A DNA stretch of 64,000 nt, from positions 4,227 through 68,226 of IMG/VR virus record IMGVR_UViG_3300020577_001581. The stretch is one strand, 5' to 3'. The translations under genes and the position numbers were made by a program. The DNA comes from a virus. Its lineage: Duplodnaviria; Caudoviricetes. Shown here piece after piece: positions 1-8,674 of this stretch (the stretch's first letter is position 1; the number at the start of each line of letters is the position of its first letter). The notes beneath the pieces were generated by a model. It made no database searches. It saw only the letters and a list, made by a program, of their open reading frames with translations, and was not told where the DNA came from.

Positions 1-43
1 CTTACTCAGCTTAGTAAGAGGTAACGTTAAGCGAGTCAATAGG

Positions 44-141
44 ACACAAGGCAACACCTACTCTAATGTTGCCAACAGGTTAGATAAGTATCATTTGGCC
101 TAGTGATGCTATCGAATGAGGTTCGAATCCTCATTTGTGTT
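44..141 (+). ncRNA. tRNA-like structured RNA (acceptor stem + T-arm, non-canonical core)
   Basis: ACACAAG(44-50) pairs with TTTGTGT(134-140); T-arm TGAGG-TTCGAAT-CCTCA (117-133); internal hairpins GGCAACA/TGTTGCC (50-73) and GTATCA/TGATGC (88-109); no canonical anticodon loop. Confidence 0.55.
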
Positions 142-171
142 ATAGTCTACTAACTATATGAGGTAGTTAAC

Positions 172-303
172 ATGTTAGAAGTTTGCTTGATCGTAGTAAC
201 ACTTGCTTTAGTTTATGGATTTTATGTTACCATTAAAGACTTTATTAGTGGTAAGATTGATTCAAGTTTCATGTCTGAGCATGAGATAAAACAGTCTAAA
301 TAA
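172..303 (+). CDS. small membrane protein (43 aa, not in ORF track)
   Basis: GAGGT SD, then MLEVCLIVVTLALVYGFYVTIKDF..., one hydrophobic helix. Confidence 0.5.
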   Translation: MLEVCLIVVTLALVYGFYVTIKDFISGKIDSSFMSEHEIKQSK

Positions 304-342
304 ATTAAATAGGACACATCAAATATGTAGGAGGTTCACGTA

Positions 343-549
343 ATGACGATGAAAGAACGTATCAAACGCATTCATTATCTCTCATGGGGAATTGATCTTT
401 GGATTGATGGAGAGTACAATTGGAAAGGTATGTGTGAGAAAATAGGTATGAAACCATTAGAAAGTAAGAATCTTCGTTCATTGAAGAAAACAGATAATGA
501 GTCAACAAAATTAAGAAAAATTGCAAAAGCTGTTGACTCTACAATCTAA
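343..549 (+). CDS. hypothetical protein
   Basis: AGGAGG SD upstream; 68-aa ORF. Confidence 0.6.
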   Translation: MTMKERIKRIHYLSWGIDLWIDGEYNWKGMCEKIGMKPLESKNLRSLKKTDNESTKLRKIAKAVDSTI

Positions 550-672
550 CTTGATAAGATAGACTACTCAACAGAATTAGATTCTCTTACTTTCCTACTC
601 TTTATAGCGTAGGATTATGAGAGTGATCTACAGTAGATCCTCAAAATAACTTTTTAATGTAGGAGCGATAAG

Positions 673-2001
673 ATGGCTAAGTCTAAGGATATTGTTAAGA
701 GCAAGGTTACTCCTTCTATTGCTGGTGAAGAATTGTATCCCAGCGTTAGTGTGGTTGTTGCTCAAAACGTGGAAGGTAGTAAGCCTATCACTGTTCAAAA
801 GGCTAAGGAACTTTTGGGCGTAGAAGAAACAGAAGGAGCTGATTTTCTTATCAAGTTGGGAGAAAAGAAGTATAAGTGTAAGAACAATATGAAGAATCGG
901 CCTTTGTACCAGAATAATTGTCTTGATTTGGTACAATCGATTCTTAAGAAGCAATGGCATTTTAACGGTGAACCTATCATTGTCGGTAAGAAAGGTTCAC
1001 TATTGAACGGACAACATAGTCTTGTAGCTCTGTTGATGGCCGAACATGAACGTAAAGATGGTCCGAATAGCGAGCATTGGAAGGGTATTTGGCCGGAAGA
1101 ATGTTATATTGAGAAGCTGATTGTCTACGGTATTAGTGAAGATTCGCACGTTGTTGATACTATGGATACGTGCAAGCCGCGTAGTGTTGCAGATATCATC
1201 TTCCGATCTGACTACTTTGCAGATATTCAAAAGCCTAGCGAACGTAAGGCTGTTGCACGAATCGCAGATTTTACTATTCGTACATTGCGTAATCGTACTG
1301 GTGCGGATCGAGACGCATTCTCGCCTCGTAAAACGAATGTTGAAGCTGTCGACTTTGCGGAACGTCACAAGACATTGTTTAAGGCAGTATCGTTTGTCTT
1401 TACTGAAGATCAAGCAAAGGGAGAGGAAGACGAAGCTAAGAAGATTTCGCGATACGTTAGTTTGGGTACAGCTGCTAGTCTCTTGTACTTGATGGCACAA
1501 GCATCCAGTAACGATGAACAGATCGAAGAATATAACACTACTCCTAATGAAAGTAAGCTTGACTTTGGTAATTGGGACAAGGCAGAAGAATATTGGTTGT
1601 TGATCGCCAAAAAGGATCCTTCGGTTTTGGCTGTAACTAAGGCAATTGCTAACCTTGCTGATATCGATACAGGTGTTGCTGGTCGAAGTTCCAAGAAGGA
1701 AATTATCGCACTATTGATCAAGGGATGGGAAGCTTGGTTTAAGAATGAAGTTATTACTGCAGACGATTTGCAGCTCGAATTTGGTACGACGGAAGAGGGT
1801 ATTCGATTCCTTGATGAATACCCTGTTGTTGGTGGTATTGATCAAGATTTGAGCGAAGATATCGAAGATGATGAAGTTACTGTTCCTAACACTGAAATTG
1901 TCGAACAAACTGAAGAAGAAGAGTTCCAGGAACCTGACGGCGAAGAAGTTGAAGAAGAAGAACCTGCCAAGCCTGCAGGAAGGAAAGTTGGAAAAAAGTA
2001 A
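673..2001 (+). CDS. ParB/Srx (DGQHR-like) N-terminal domain protein with acidic tail
   Basis: NRPL...W.FNGEPII...G.LLNGQHSL.A matches the phage ParB-like pattern; Glu/Asp-rich C-terminus; AGGAG SD. Confidence 0.65.
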   Translation: MAKSKDIVKSKVTPSIAGEELYPSVSVVVAQNVEGSKPITVQKAKELLGVEETEGADFLIKLGEKKYKCKNNMKNRPLYQNNCLDLVQSILKKQWHFNGEPIIVGKKGSLLNGQHSLVALLMAEHERKDGPNSEHWKGIWPEECYIEKLIVYGISEDSHVVDTMDTCKPRSVADIIFRSDYFADIQKPSERKAVARIADFTIRTLRNRTGADRDAFSPRKTNVEAVDFAERHKTLFKAVSFVFTEDQAKGEEDEAKKISRYVSLGTAASLLYLMAQASSNDEQIEEYNTTPNESKLDFGNWDKAEEYWLLIAKKDPSVLAVTKAIANLADIDTGVAGRSSKKEIIALLIKGWEAWFKNEVITADDLQLEFGTTEEGIRFLDEYPVVGGIDQDLSEDIEDDEVTVPNTEIVEQTEEEEFQEPDGEEVEEEEPAKPAGRKVGKK

Positions 2002-2010
2002 CTACTTAGG

Positions 2011-2039
2011 TTGACGTCCATCTCCCTCTAGTGTATAAT
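2011..2039 (+). promoter_or_regulatory. sigma70-type promoter overlapping a 10-bp inverted repeat
   Basis: TTGACG-N17-TATAAT; TCTCCCTCTA(2021-2030)/TAGAGGGAGA(2040-2049) flank the -10 box. Confidence 0.75.
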
Positions 2040-2049
2040 TAGAGGGAGA

Positions 2050-2126
2050 AGAGAGTTAGTTTAGTTGGAAAAACAATACTCAATTCACGGGTGAGTATTA
2101 CACTGGTTCGACTCCAGTACTCTCTT
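2050..2126 (+). ncRNA. tRNA-like RNA with elongated anticodon arm
   Basis: Acceptor AGAGAGT/ACTCTCT; D-arm GTTT-AGTTGGAA-AAAC; 7-bp stem ATACTCA/TGAGTAT around 9-nt loop ATTCACGGG; T-arm ACTGG-TTCGACT-CCAGT. Confidence 0.7.
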
Positions 2127-2158
2127 CTGTTCTAACACTAGTATGAGGCGAGTGTATC

Positions 2159-3766
2159 ATGAGTTTCAAAGAATCTATTGCTAAGAAGTCTGTTAATAAG
2201 TTTCCTCCTCATCTTTTCATTGAAGCTAGAGCGGGAACAGGTAAAACTACTACATTAGTAGAAGGTCTAAAGTATATAAAGAATATTCCCACAAAGATTA
2301 TGCCTTCTGATCAACAAAAGGCTATTTGGGATTCTCTCATTCTTTCGAAGGATGCTCGTACAATTGGTTTTGTGGCATTTAATAAATCTATCGCAGATGA
2401 ACTTGCCGTACGCGTACCTGTTGGCTGTTCGGCAATGACTTTGCATAGTTTGGGCAATCGAGCATTATCTAATCAATTCGGACGATTAAAAGTAGAAAGC
2501 TATCGAGTATCAAACCTCATTTCGAAGATTGTAGGGATTGATGGTAGAGCTCTCAAAAAGAATAAGCCTATCGTAATGTCGAATACGGAAGAACTTGTCA
2601 GATTGTGCAAGCTTTCGTTAGTTAATCATGATATTACAGACGATGAATCGTGGGCTACATCATTAAATGAATTGTGCGAATATTATGATATTGAGTTTGA
2701 TAATGACACTCAAAAGAGTGAAGTATATTCTTTAATTCCACGTGTCATAGAAGCTTGTAAAGACGTACAAGCAGACTTACAAATTGATTTTAATGATATG
2801 ATTTGGCTACCTGTTGTACTTAACATCCCTCTTGTTAAGTATGATCTATTGTTAGTAGATGAAGCCCAGGACCTTAATAAGTGTCAACAGGAATTAGTTA
2901 AAAGATGTGGTTCACGATTAGTATTTTGTGGTGATCCACGTCAAGCTATCTATGGGTTTGCAGGAGCTGATTCACGTAGTATGGCACGATTGCAAGAGCA
3001 ATTAGCTAGCCTAGGTCAACAGACGCAAACTCTCAAGTTAACCGAAACTAGGCGATGTGGTAAAGCTATCGTTGTCGAAGCTAACCGTATCGTCGAAGAC
3101 TTTACAGCACATGAAAACAATCCTGCAGGTAAGGTAACCAGTCTTCAATTATCTACTGTATCATATGATGAAAATGGCGAACAATCAAAGAAAAAGTCAT
3201 TCGTCGATGAATTGCAATCAGGTGATATGGTTGTATGTCGGGTCAATGCTCAACTAGTTAATCAGTTTTTCCGTACCATAGCAAAGGGTAAGACATCGCG
3301 AATCATCGGTAGGGATATCGGACAGAACTTGATTAGCATTATCAAGAAGTGTACTAAAGAAAAGGTAATGCCTATCGAAGATCTTTTGATTGAACTTGAC
3401 ATATGGATGAACAAAGCACGTTCTAAGGAACTTGCTAAAACTAATCCATCTGAGAATCGTCTAGATGCTATTGCGGATAAGTATGATTGTCTAGTGATGT
3501 TTTGTCAAGACAAAGATACATCACAAGAAGTTATTGGATTCATCAACGAAGTGTTTAGCGATGACAAGCTTTCAACAGCTATCCGATTTAGCACAATCCA
3601 TAAAGCTAAAGGTCTAGAAGCTAAACGAGTATTCTTTCTCTCTGTTGATACTCAAGGTAACTTTTCATTTGCTGGAAAGTCTAAAGGATGGGGTAGAGAG
3701 CAAGAACATAACCTAGAGTATGTCGCAATTACTAGAGCTATAGAAGATTTATTCTATGTCGGTTAA
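2159..3766 (+). CDS. UvrD/Rep-like superfamily 1 DNA helicase
   Basis: ARAGTGKTT Walker A, AFNKSIA, VDEAQD, GDPRQAIYGF, STIHKAKGLE, YVAITRA. Confidence 0.95.
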   Translation: MSFKESIAKKSVNKFPPHLFIEARAGTGKTTTLVEGLKYIKNIPTKIMPSDQQKAIWDSLILSKDARTIGFVAFNKSIADELAVRVPVGCSAMTLHSLGNRALSNQFGRLKVESYRVSNLISKIVGIDGRALKKNKPIVMSNTEELVRLCKLSLVNHDITDDESWATSLNELCEYYDIEFDNDTQKSEVYSLIPRVIEACKDVQADLQIDFNDMIWLPVVLNIPLVKYDLLLVDEAQDLNKCQQELVKRCGSRLVFCGDPRQAIYGFAGADSRSMARLQEQLASLGQQTQTLKLTETRRCGKAIVVEANRIVEDFTAHENNPAGKVTSLQLSTVSYDENGEQSKKKSFVDELQSGDMVVCRVNAQLVNQFFRTIAKGKTSRIIGRDIGQNLISIIKKCTKEKVMPIEDLLIELDIWMNKARSKELAKTNPSENRLDAIADKYDCLVMFCQDKDTSQEVIGFINEVFSDDKLSTAIRFSTIHKAKGLEAKRVFFLSVDTQGNFSFAGKSKGWGREQEHNLEYVAITRAIEDLFYVG

Positions 3767-4244
3767 AAACATTTATTTGGGTATTGATCCAGGATACTCA
3801 AGCGGACATTTAGCTTTCCTTAATCAAGAGGGAAAGCTTATTCAACTAACTTCTATGCCAAAAATAGAACAGGAGTTAGTTGATTTATTCCATCATTGGA
3901 ATAGACCAGGTATATGGAAAATCTATTCATGTTTAGAAAATGTACATGCTATGCCAGGACAAGGTGTATCCACCATGTTTAAGTTTGGATGTAATTATGG
4001 TATGTTAAAAATGGGAATGATGACAATAGCAGACATTTGGACTATTGTAGATCCTAGAAAATGGCAGAAGTTTTTCGGATTAAAACGTTCTAAATCTTGG
4101 ACAGATAAAGAATGGAAAAAACACATAGCAAATAAAGCAAGGAAAGATTTTCCTACACAATCTAAACAGATAAAAGATTCTGCAGCTGATGCAATCATGC
4201 TAGCTAGGTACTGCTACTTGACAAACAACGGAATGACTGTATAA
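3756..4244 (+). CDS. ruvC: RuvC-like Holliday junction resolvase
   Basis: LGIDPG, ENVHAMPGQGVSTMFKFG, ADAIMLA. Confidence 0.85.
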   Translation: MSVKNIYLGIDPGYSSGHLAFLNQEGKLIQLTSMPKIEQELVDLFHHWNRPGIWKIYSCLENVHAMPGQGVSTMFKFGCNYGMLKMGMMTIADIWTIVDPRKWQKFFGLKRSKSWTDKEWKKHIANKARKDFPTQSKQIKDSAADAIMLARYCYLTNNGMTV

Positions 4245-4245
4245 T
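4218..4245 (+). promoter_or_regulatory. sigma70-type promoter
   Basis: TTGACA-N16-TATAAT immediately before a tRNA-like RNA. Confidence 0.7.
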
Positions 4246-4251
4246 ATAAGT

Positions 4252-4350
4252 GTGCTGGTCTTCTAAATGGTAGGATACTCAACAGATGTAAAGCTTTCGG
4301 CACCAGGCTCCATCGACAGAGTGATGTAGGTTCGATTCCTACCCAGCACA
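4252..4350 (+). ncRNA. tRNA-like RNA with a ~38-nt insert in place of the anticodon loop
   Basis: Acceptor GTGCTGG/CCAGCAC; D-arm TTCT-AAATGGT-AGGA; ACTC/GAGT stem enclosing 4281-4318; T-arm GTAGG-TTCGATT-CCTAC. Confidence 0.7.
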
Positions 4351-4380
4351 ATCTACACATACTTTAAGAGGAAGTATCTC

Positions 4381-4578
4381 ATGTCACTAATTGAAAAAAT
4401 AAAATACTATTGGAAACATTTTAAAGGTAGACTTAGATTAGATCTTAACTTAGTATGTGAACTAAGTAAAGATATGGGAACCTATGACTATCATGATTAT
4501 CCTGATGATGAAATAGGTACTCCATGTCATTTTGTAATACTCAAATGTAAACGATGTGGTAAAGAATTTTACATGTAA
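4381..4578 (+). CDS. small hypothetical protein with Zn-ribbon-like C-terminus
   Basis: GAGG SD; C-terminal CH...CKRCG. Confidence 0.65.
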   Translation: MSLIEKIKYYWKHFKGRLRLDLNLVCELSKDMGTYDYHDYPDDEIGTPCHFVILKCKRCGKEFYM

Positions 4579-4592
4579 ATCATCTAAGAGGG

Positions 4593-5045
4593 ATGAAAAT
4601 GTCATTTGTTACTAAAGATGTTACTATTGTTTGGGAAAAGGGCCACTATCCTACAAAAAAGAGTTACGATAGAGTACATAAAGATTCATTAGTTTACAAA
4701 GAAATATTTGCAATAGTTCTAGTTAATCACTTTCCCCCAGGAAATGTATGGAATGGATACCGTATATATTCCTTACGTACAAAACATTTTGTAACTAAAC
4801 TAGGTTCACAAAACTTAGACACTTTAAAGAAACTTTGTGAATATCTTCTTAAAGATTACTATGGAGTATTCCGACAAGATGATGTAGCAAAGTTTCAAAA
4901 TCAAATGTATGTACGTTATGGAACTACTTCACTTGATCAAATGGAAGAATGGTTAAAGGAATTGACTTTTAAAAATAAACCATTCTATCCTTTGACAATC
5001 AAAGTAACAAAAGAAATTGAGGAAATAGAAGATGAGCAAGAGTAA
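4593..5045 (+). CDS. hypothetical protein
   Basis: 150-aa ORF tightly packed in the operon. Confidence 0.65.
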   Translation: MKMSFVTKDVTIVWEKGHYPTKKSYDRVHKDSLVYKEIFAIVLVNHFPPGNVWNGYRIYSLRTKHFVTKLGSQNLDTLKKLCEYLLKDYYGVFRQDDVAKFQNQMYVRYGTTSLDQMEEWLKELTFKNKPFYPLTIKVTKEIEEIEDEQE

Positions 5046-5610
5046 GCTGCAACTACATCTAGATAATTGGAAAGATTGTACTAGATGCAAACTACATGAG
5101 GTTAGACGTAATGTAGTTTTGCTACGTGGAACAGTACCGTGTGATATCCTGTTCATAGGTGAAGCTCCAGGAGAGTCAGAGAACGCGTTAGGTAAGCCTT
5201 TTAGAGGCCCTGCAGGCAATCTGTTACAAGAGATCATAGAAGTTACTCAGCAGCATACAAAAGGCTACACCTACGCAATGACTAACCTTATCGGATGCAT
5301 ACCCAAAGTAGATGGAGAGAAGCTAACTAGTCCACCGAAAGAATCTGTCACAGCATGCTTTCCACGTATCAACGAACTAGTTGAATTATGTAATCCAAAA
5401 GGATTAATATTAGTTGGAAATGATGCTCAAAAGTTTTTTGAACTACATAACAATAAACTACTACAACAAATAAAATTTATTAAGATTCAACATCCAGCAG
5501 CTATTTTACGTAAACCACAAGTATCATGGGGATTAGATTGTCAAAAAATTGAAATACAAATAACTGACTTTATAGAAGAATTGTACGGAGATAATAATGC
5601 TACTAATTAA
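5032..5610 (+). CDS. family 4 uracil-DNA glycosylase
   Basis: CTRC Fe-S ligands, FIGEAPG motif A, F.GPAG, TNLIGC.P, HPAAILR motif B. Confidence 0.92.
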   Translation: MSKSKLQLHLDNWKDCTRCKLHEVRRNVVLLRGTVPCDILFIGEAPGESENALGKPFRGPAGNLLQEIIEVTQQHTKGYTYAMTNLIGCIPKVDGEKLTSPPKESVTACFPRINELVELCNPKGLILVGNDAQKFFELHNNKLLQQIKFIKIQHPAAILRKPQVSWGLDCQKIEIQITDFIEELYGDNNATN

Positions 5611-5773
5611 TCGTGGAATTAATCAAGAAATTCTTTTATCATTAGAAGGATATAAATTAGGAAGGATTATAGTAACAGAAATTAGTGGTAAAAAAGTAAC
5701 ACTTGGATTTGAATTAGACAAAAATGTTGAAATAAAAAGGAAAGAATTAGATGACAAACAAACTAAAGAGTAA
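5597..5773 (+). CDS. csrA: CsrA/RsmA-like RNA-binding translational regulator (58 aa, missed by ORF track)
   Basis: MLLINRGINQEILL...GRIIVTEISGKKVTLGFELDKNVEIKRKEL fits the CsrA pattern ML.L.R...E.I.I...I.V..I.G..V.LG...P..V.I.R.E; GGAG SD; overlaps both neighbours. Confidence 0.75.
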   Translation: MLLINRGINQEILLSLEGYKLGRIIVTEISGKKVTLGFELDKNVEIKRKELDDKQTKE

Positions 5774-6842
5774 ACTGGAGAAGGTAACTAATCCACATTC
5801 CGGAGTGATCACTAGCTCGTTGTGGAAAGGTCCATACAAAGCTTGCAGTGAATCAGGTGTAACGTTCTCTATGCTCTCTCGATTCCTGATCTGTAGAGAG
5901 CGATTCAGGATAATGTACGTGGAAGGTCTAGGAAAGGAAGAACGGTTTGACGGTAAAATAGAGTTTGGTCAAATGTGGCATTTATGCGAAGAAGCATACA
6001 AACGTAAAGAAGATCATATTCAATTAGTTAGGAAATATGTTACTAACTTAAAGAAAAAATATCAATTGTATCACGAAGCAATTGAGGATGAATATGATAA
6101 ATGTATAGTAACTTTTCCACTATACGTTAAATATTGGGAACATCATCCCGATGAAAAAAATATGCTGAATCTCTTCCAGGAAAAAATATTCGGATATGAA
6201 TACACACTTCCAATATCAGGAAGAAAAATATATCTTAGAGGTAAGATAGATTCAGGAGATAAGATACAAGGGGATGGAATTTACGTAGCAGATAATAAAT
6301 CAAAAGGTAATATCAATTTAATTGAAATTCAAAATCAATTAAATTTTGATTTACAAATGATGATGTATCTACTTGTACTTAAATTAGATCGTACTATTAT
6401 TAAAGATCCTAAACAAATCAAAGGAATACGTTATAATATTGTAAGACATTCATTACATAAACATACTAAAAAAGATGGTACTAGAGAGAAATTTCGAGAC
6501 AGGTTAAAGGGTATAATAGAAGAAGATTTAGCTAGTGAACCTGATAACTGGTTTTCCAGATTCCAAGCTTTGATTAATGAACATGATATGAGTGAATTTC
6601 TTACTACATCATTCAATCCTATTTTAGAACAATTATGTGATTGGTGGGATTGTTTAAATGGTAGTAGAGTAAACGAGAATGCACATAAATACCAGAACTT
6701 TAGATATCCGTATGGTATTTATCATGTTCTTAATCAAGGTGGATCAGGAGAGCTAGATCTGTATTTAAACAAAAAATCTAAAGTAGGATTAATTAAACGA
6801 AAATTATTTAGGGAGCTAAATGCAGATGGCTATAGTGAATAA
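5751..6842 (+). CDS. PD-(D/E)XK exonuclease (Cas4/RecB-like)
   Basis: FSMLSRF..C.ERF, RGKID, ADNKSK, Q..MY. Confidence 0.8.
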   Translation: MTNKLKSKLEKVTNPHSGVITSSLWKGPYKACSESGVTFSMLSRFLICRERFRIMYVEGLGKEERFDGKIEFGQMWHLCEEAYKRKEDHIQLVRKYVTNLKKKYQLYHEAIEDEYDKCIVTFPLYVKYWEHHPDEKNMLNLFQEKIFGYEYTLPISGRKIYLRGKIDSGDKIQGDGIYVADNKSKGNINLIEIQNQLNFDLQMMMYLLVLKLDRTIIKDPKQIKGIRYNIVRHSLHKHTKKDGTREKFRDRLKGIIEEDLASEPDNWFSRFQALINEHDMSEFLTTSFNPILEQLCDWWDCLNGSRVNENAHKYQNFRYPYGIYHVLNQGGSGELDLYLNKKSKVGLIKRKLFRELNADGYSE

Positions 6843-7701
6843 ACAAACAATGCAACCTGCTAAAAAACCGTTCGTACCTATCAAAGGTCAAGTAAACACA
6901 CAACAAAAGAAACCAAAGTCAGCATGGGAATTACCTGAAACTATCAAAATTATGTTATATGGTAGATCAGGTACAGGCAAAACAACATTATGGAGTACGT
7001 TTCCAGGTCCTATTTGTGCATGTATTACAAGTAATATCAAAAGTACAGGAGAATTACGAAGTATAGATACTCCTGAAATGCGTAATAAAATTACTCCTTA
7101 TATCATAAAAGAATCAAGTGAACTTACTTGGATTCTAGAAAATGCAGCATCTGAAGGATTTAAAACTATCGTATTAGATCATGTTACAGGTATGCAGGAT
7201 TTAATTCTTAAAGAAGTAACAGGAGTAGATAAGATACCTGAACAAAAAAACTGGGGAATATTTACCAGAGAGCAATACGGACAAGCTGTAGCACAAGCAA
7301 AGGAATATCTTAGATTAGCTCTTGATTTACCTATGAATACTGTTATAATAGGACAAGAGAGAGTATTCAATAGTAAAGATGAAGGTAGTGATGATGAACA
7401 ATTAAAACCGCTTGTAGGAGCTGATACTTCACCAGCTCTAGGTAGGTGGTTAAATCCTACAGTAGATTATCTACTTCAATGTTTCGTACGTCCTAAGTAT
7501 ATTACAAAAGAAATAGATAATGCAGGTAAAAAAGTTAAAAAGGAGGTAAGAGTAGAAGGAGAAGTAGAATATTGTGTACGTTGTGAACCTCATGAAACTT
7601 TTATGACGAAGTTTCGATCTACTGTTAAGTATGATCAACGTACTAAAGTTATAATCAATCCCGATTATAACAAAATCATGAAAGCAATTAAAGGTAATTA
7701 A
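6820..7701 (+). CDS. AAA ATPase (Sak4/AAA_24-like recombination protein)
   Basis: MLYGRSGTGKTT Walker A, IVLDH Walker B; start may be 6826. Confidence 0.85.
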   Translation: MQMAIVNKQTMQPAKKPFVPIKGQVNTQQKKPKSAWELPETIKIMLYGRSGTGKTTLWSTFPGPICACITSNIKSTGELRSIDTPEMRNKITPYIIKESSELTWILENAASEGFKTIVLDHVTGMQDLILKEVTGVDKIPEQKNWGIFTREQYGQAVAQAKEYLRLALDLPMNTVIIGQERVFNSKDEGSDDEQLKPLVGADTSPALGRWLNPTVDYLLQCFVRPKYITKEIDNAGKKVKKEVRVEGEVEYCVRCEPHETFMTKFRSTVKYDQRTKVIINPDYNKIMKAIKGN

Positions 7702-7742
7702 GTAACTAACTGTTTAACTCATTTTCTTAAAGAGGTTTTACG

Positions 7743-8603
7743 ATGGCTGTTAAGAAGCAATCAGATTTTCTAGCTAAACATGGTAAGAAGTTACAACATG
7801 CACATAGTAAGCATAAAGATGATGCTACTACCTATGGTCCACGTGAAGTTCCAGTAGGTATTAAAAACGGTATTGCTAAACTTCTAACTGTTAGTATTGC
7901 ACAATATAAGCAAGGTGATTTGAAGGACGAATACTACATCAGATTCACTGCATCTGTTGTAGAGCCTAAAGTTCATAATGATATTGCATGTGAAGGAATT
8001 CAATTTAGTTTGATGGAACCGTTGTGCGATACTCCAAAGAGTGAAAAAAATCCTACATTTGAACATCATATCGCTAATGTATACAATGAACTTCGAAAGC
8101 TTGGCGTAGATACTTCTACAATGGAACCATCTGATCTAGAAGAAACTATTGCAGACTTGGAAGCTGTTGGACCTTACTTCACATTTGACTCATGGGCAGG
8201 TAAACCTACAGAGCAATATCCGAATCCACGTACTAACATTAATTGGAATGGTATTGTTGACTATGCTACTGATGTTAATGAAGACGTACAAGATAACACT
8301 GCACCAGCAGAAGAATCTAACTCAGGTTATAGTAAACCTTCTGAAGAAAACATTGTAGAACGTGATACAGAAGAACCTACTGAAGGAGAATCTGAAGAGC
8401 AAGAAGAGTCAGAAGAACAGGAAAAAGAAGGTTTAGCTGTTCATGACGTTGTAGCTTATAAGTCAGCTAAAAATCCTGATGTTAGGCAATATACTATCAT
8501 CGAAATTGACGAAGCTTCTCAAACTGTTAAGATCAAAGAAATTGACAATCCTAAAGCTCCAGTACTTTCCAAGGTTCCTATTGGTAAATTGCTTCTCAAC
8601 TAA
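7743..8603 (+). CDS. putative single-stranded DNA-binding protein
   Basis: Lies after nuclease and AAA genes; beta-rich N-terminus, acidic linker, SH3-like C-terminus. Confidence 0.5.
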   Translation: MAVKKQSDFLAKHGKKLQHAHSKHKDDATTYGPREVPVGIKNGIAKLLTVSIAQYKQGDLKDEYYIRFTASVVEPKVHNDIACEGIQFSLMEPLCDTPKSEKNPTFEHHIANVYNELRKLGVDTSTMEPSDLEETIADLEAVGPYFTFDSWAGKPTEQYPNPRTNINWNGIVDYATDVNEDVQDNTAPAEESNSGYSKPSEENIVERDTEEPTEGESEEQEESEEQEKEGLAVHDVVAYKSAKNPDVRQYTIIEIDEASQTVKIKEIDNPKAPVLSKVPIGKLLLN

Positions 8604-8618
8604 TTACTATTAACGTCT

Positions 8619-8650
8619 AAAGGGGATACGATAAAATCCCCTTTTCTTTT
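8619..8650 (+). terminator. rho-independent terminator
   Basis: AAAGGGGAT/ATCCCCTTT stem followed by T-rich tail. Confidence 0.7.
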
Positions 8651-8674
8651 CACTACTTCCCCCAGGAGTATGTT

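Noticed and set aside
628-1908. Minus-strand and alternate-frame ORFs over the ParB-like gene
   Set aside because: Shadow ORFs of a GC-richer gene; no SD or motifs. The same applies to most short minus-strand ORFs in the track, e.g. 39432-39896, 45309-45626, 49234-49551, 53444-53731
2083-2091. TCA triplet in the loop read as a selenocysteine or UGA-suppressor tRNA
   Set aside because: TCA is off-centre in the 9-nt loop, there is no long variable arm or extended acceptor stem, and genes show no in-frame TGA
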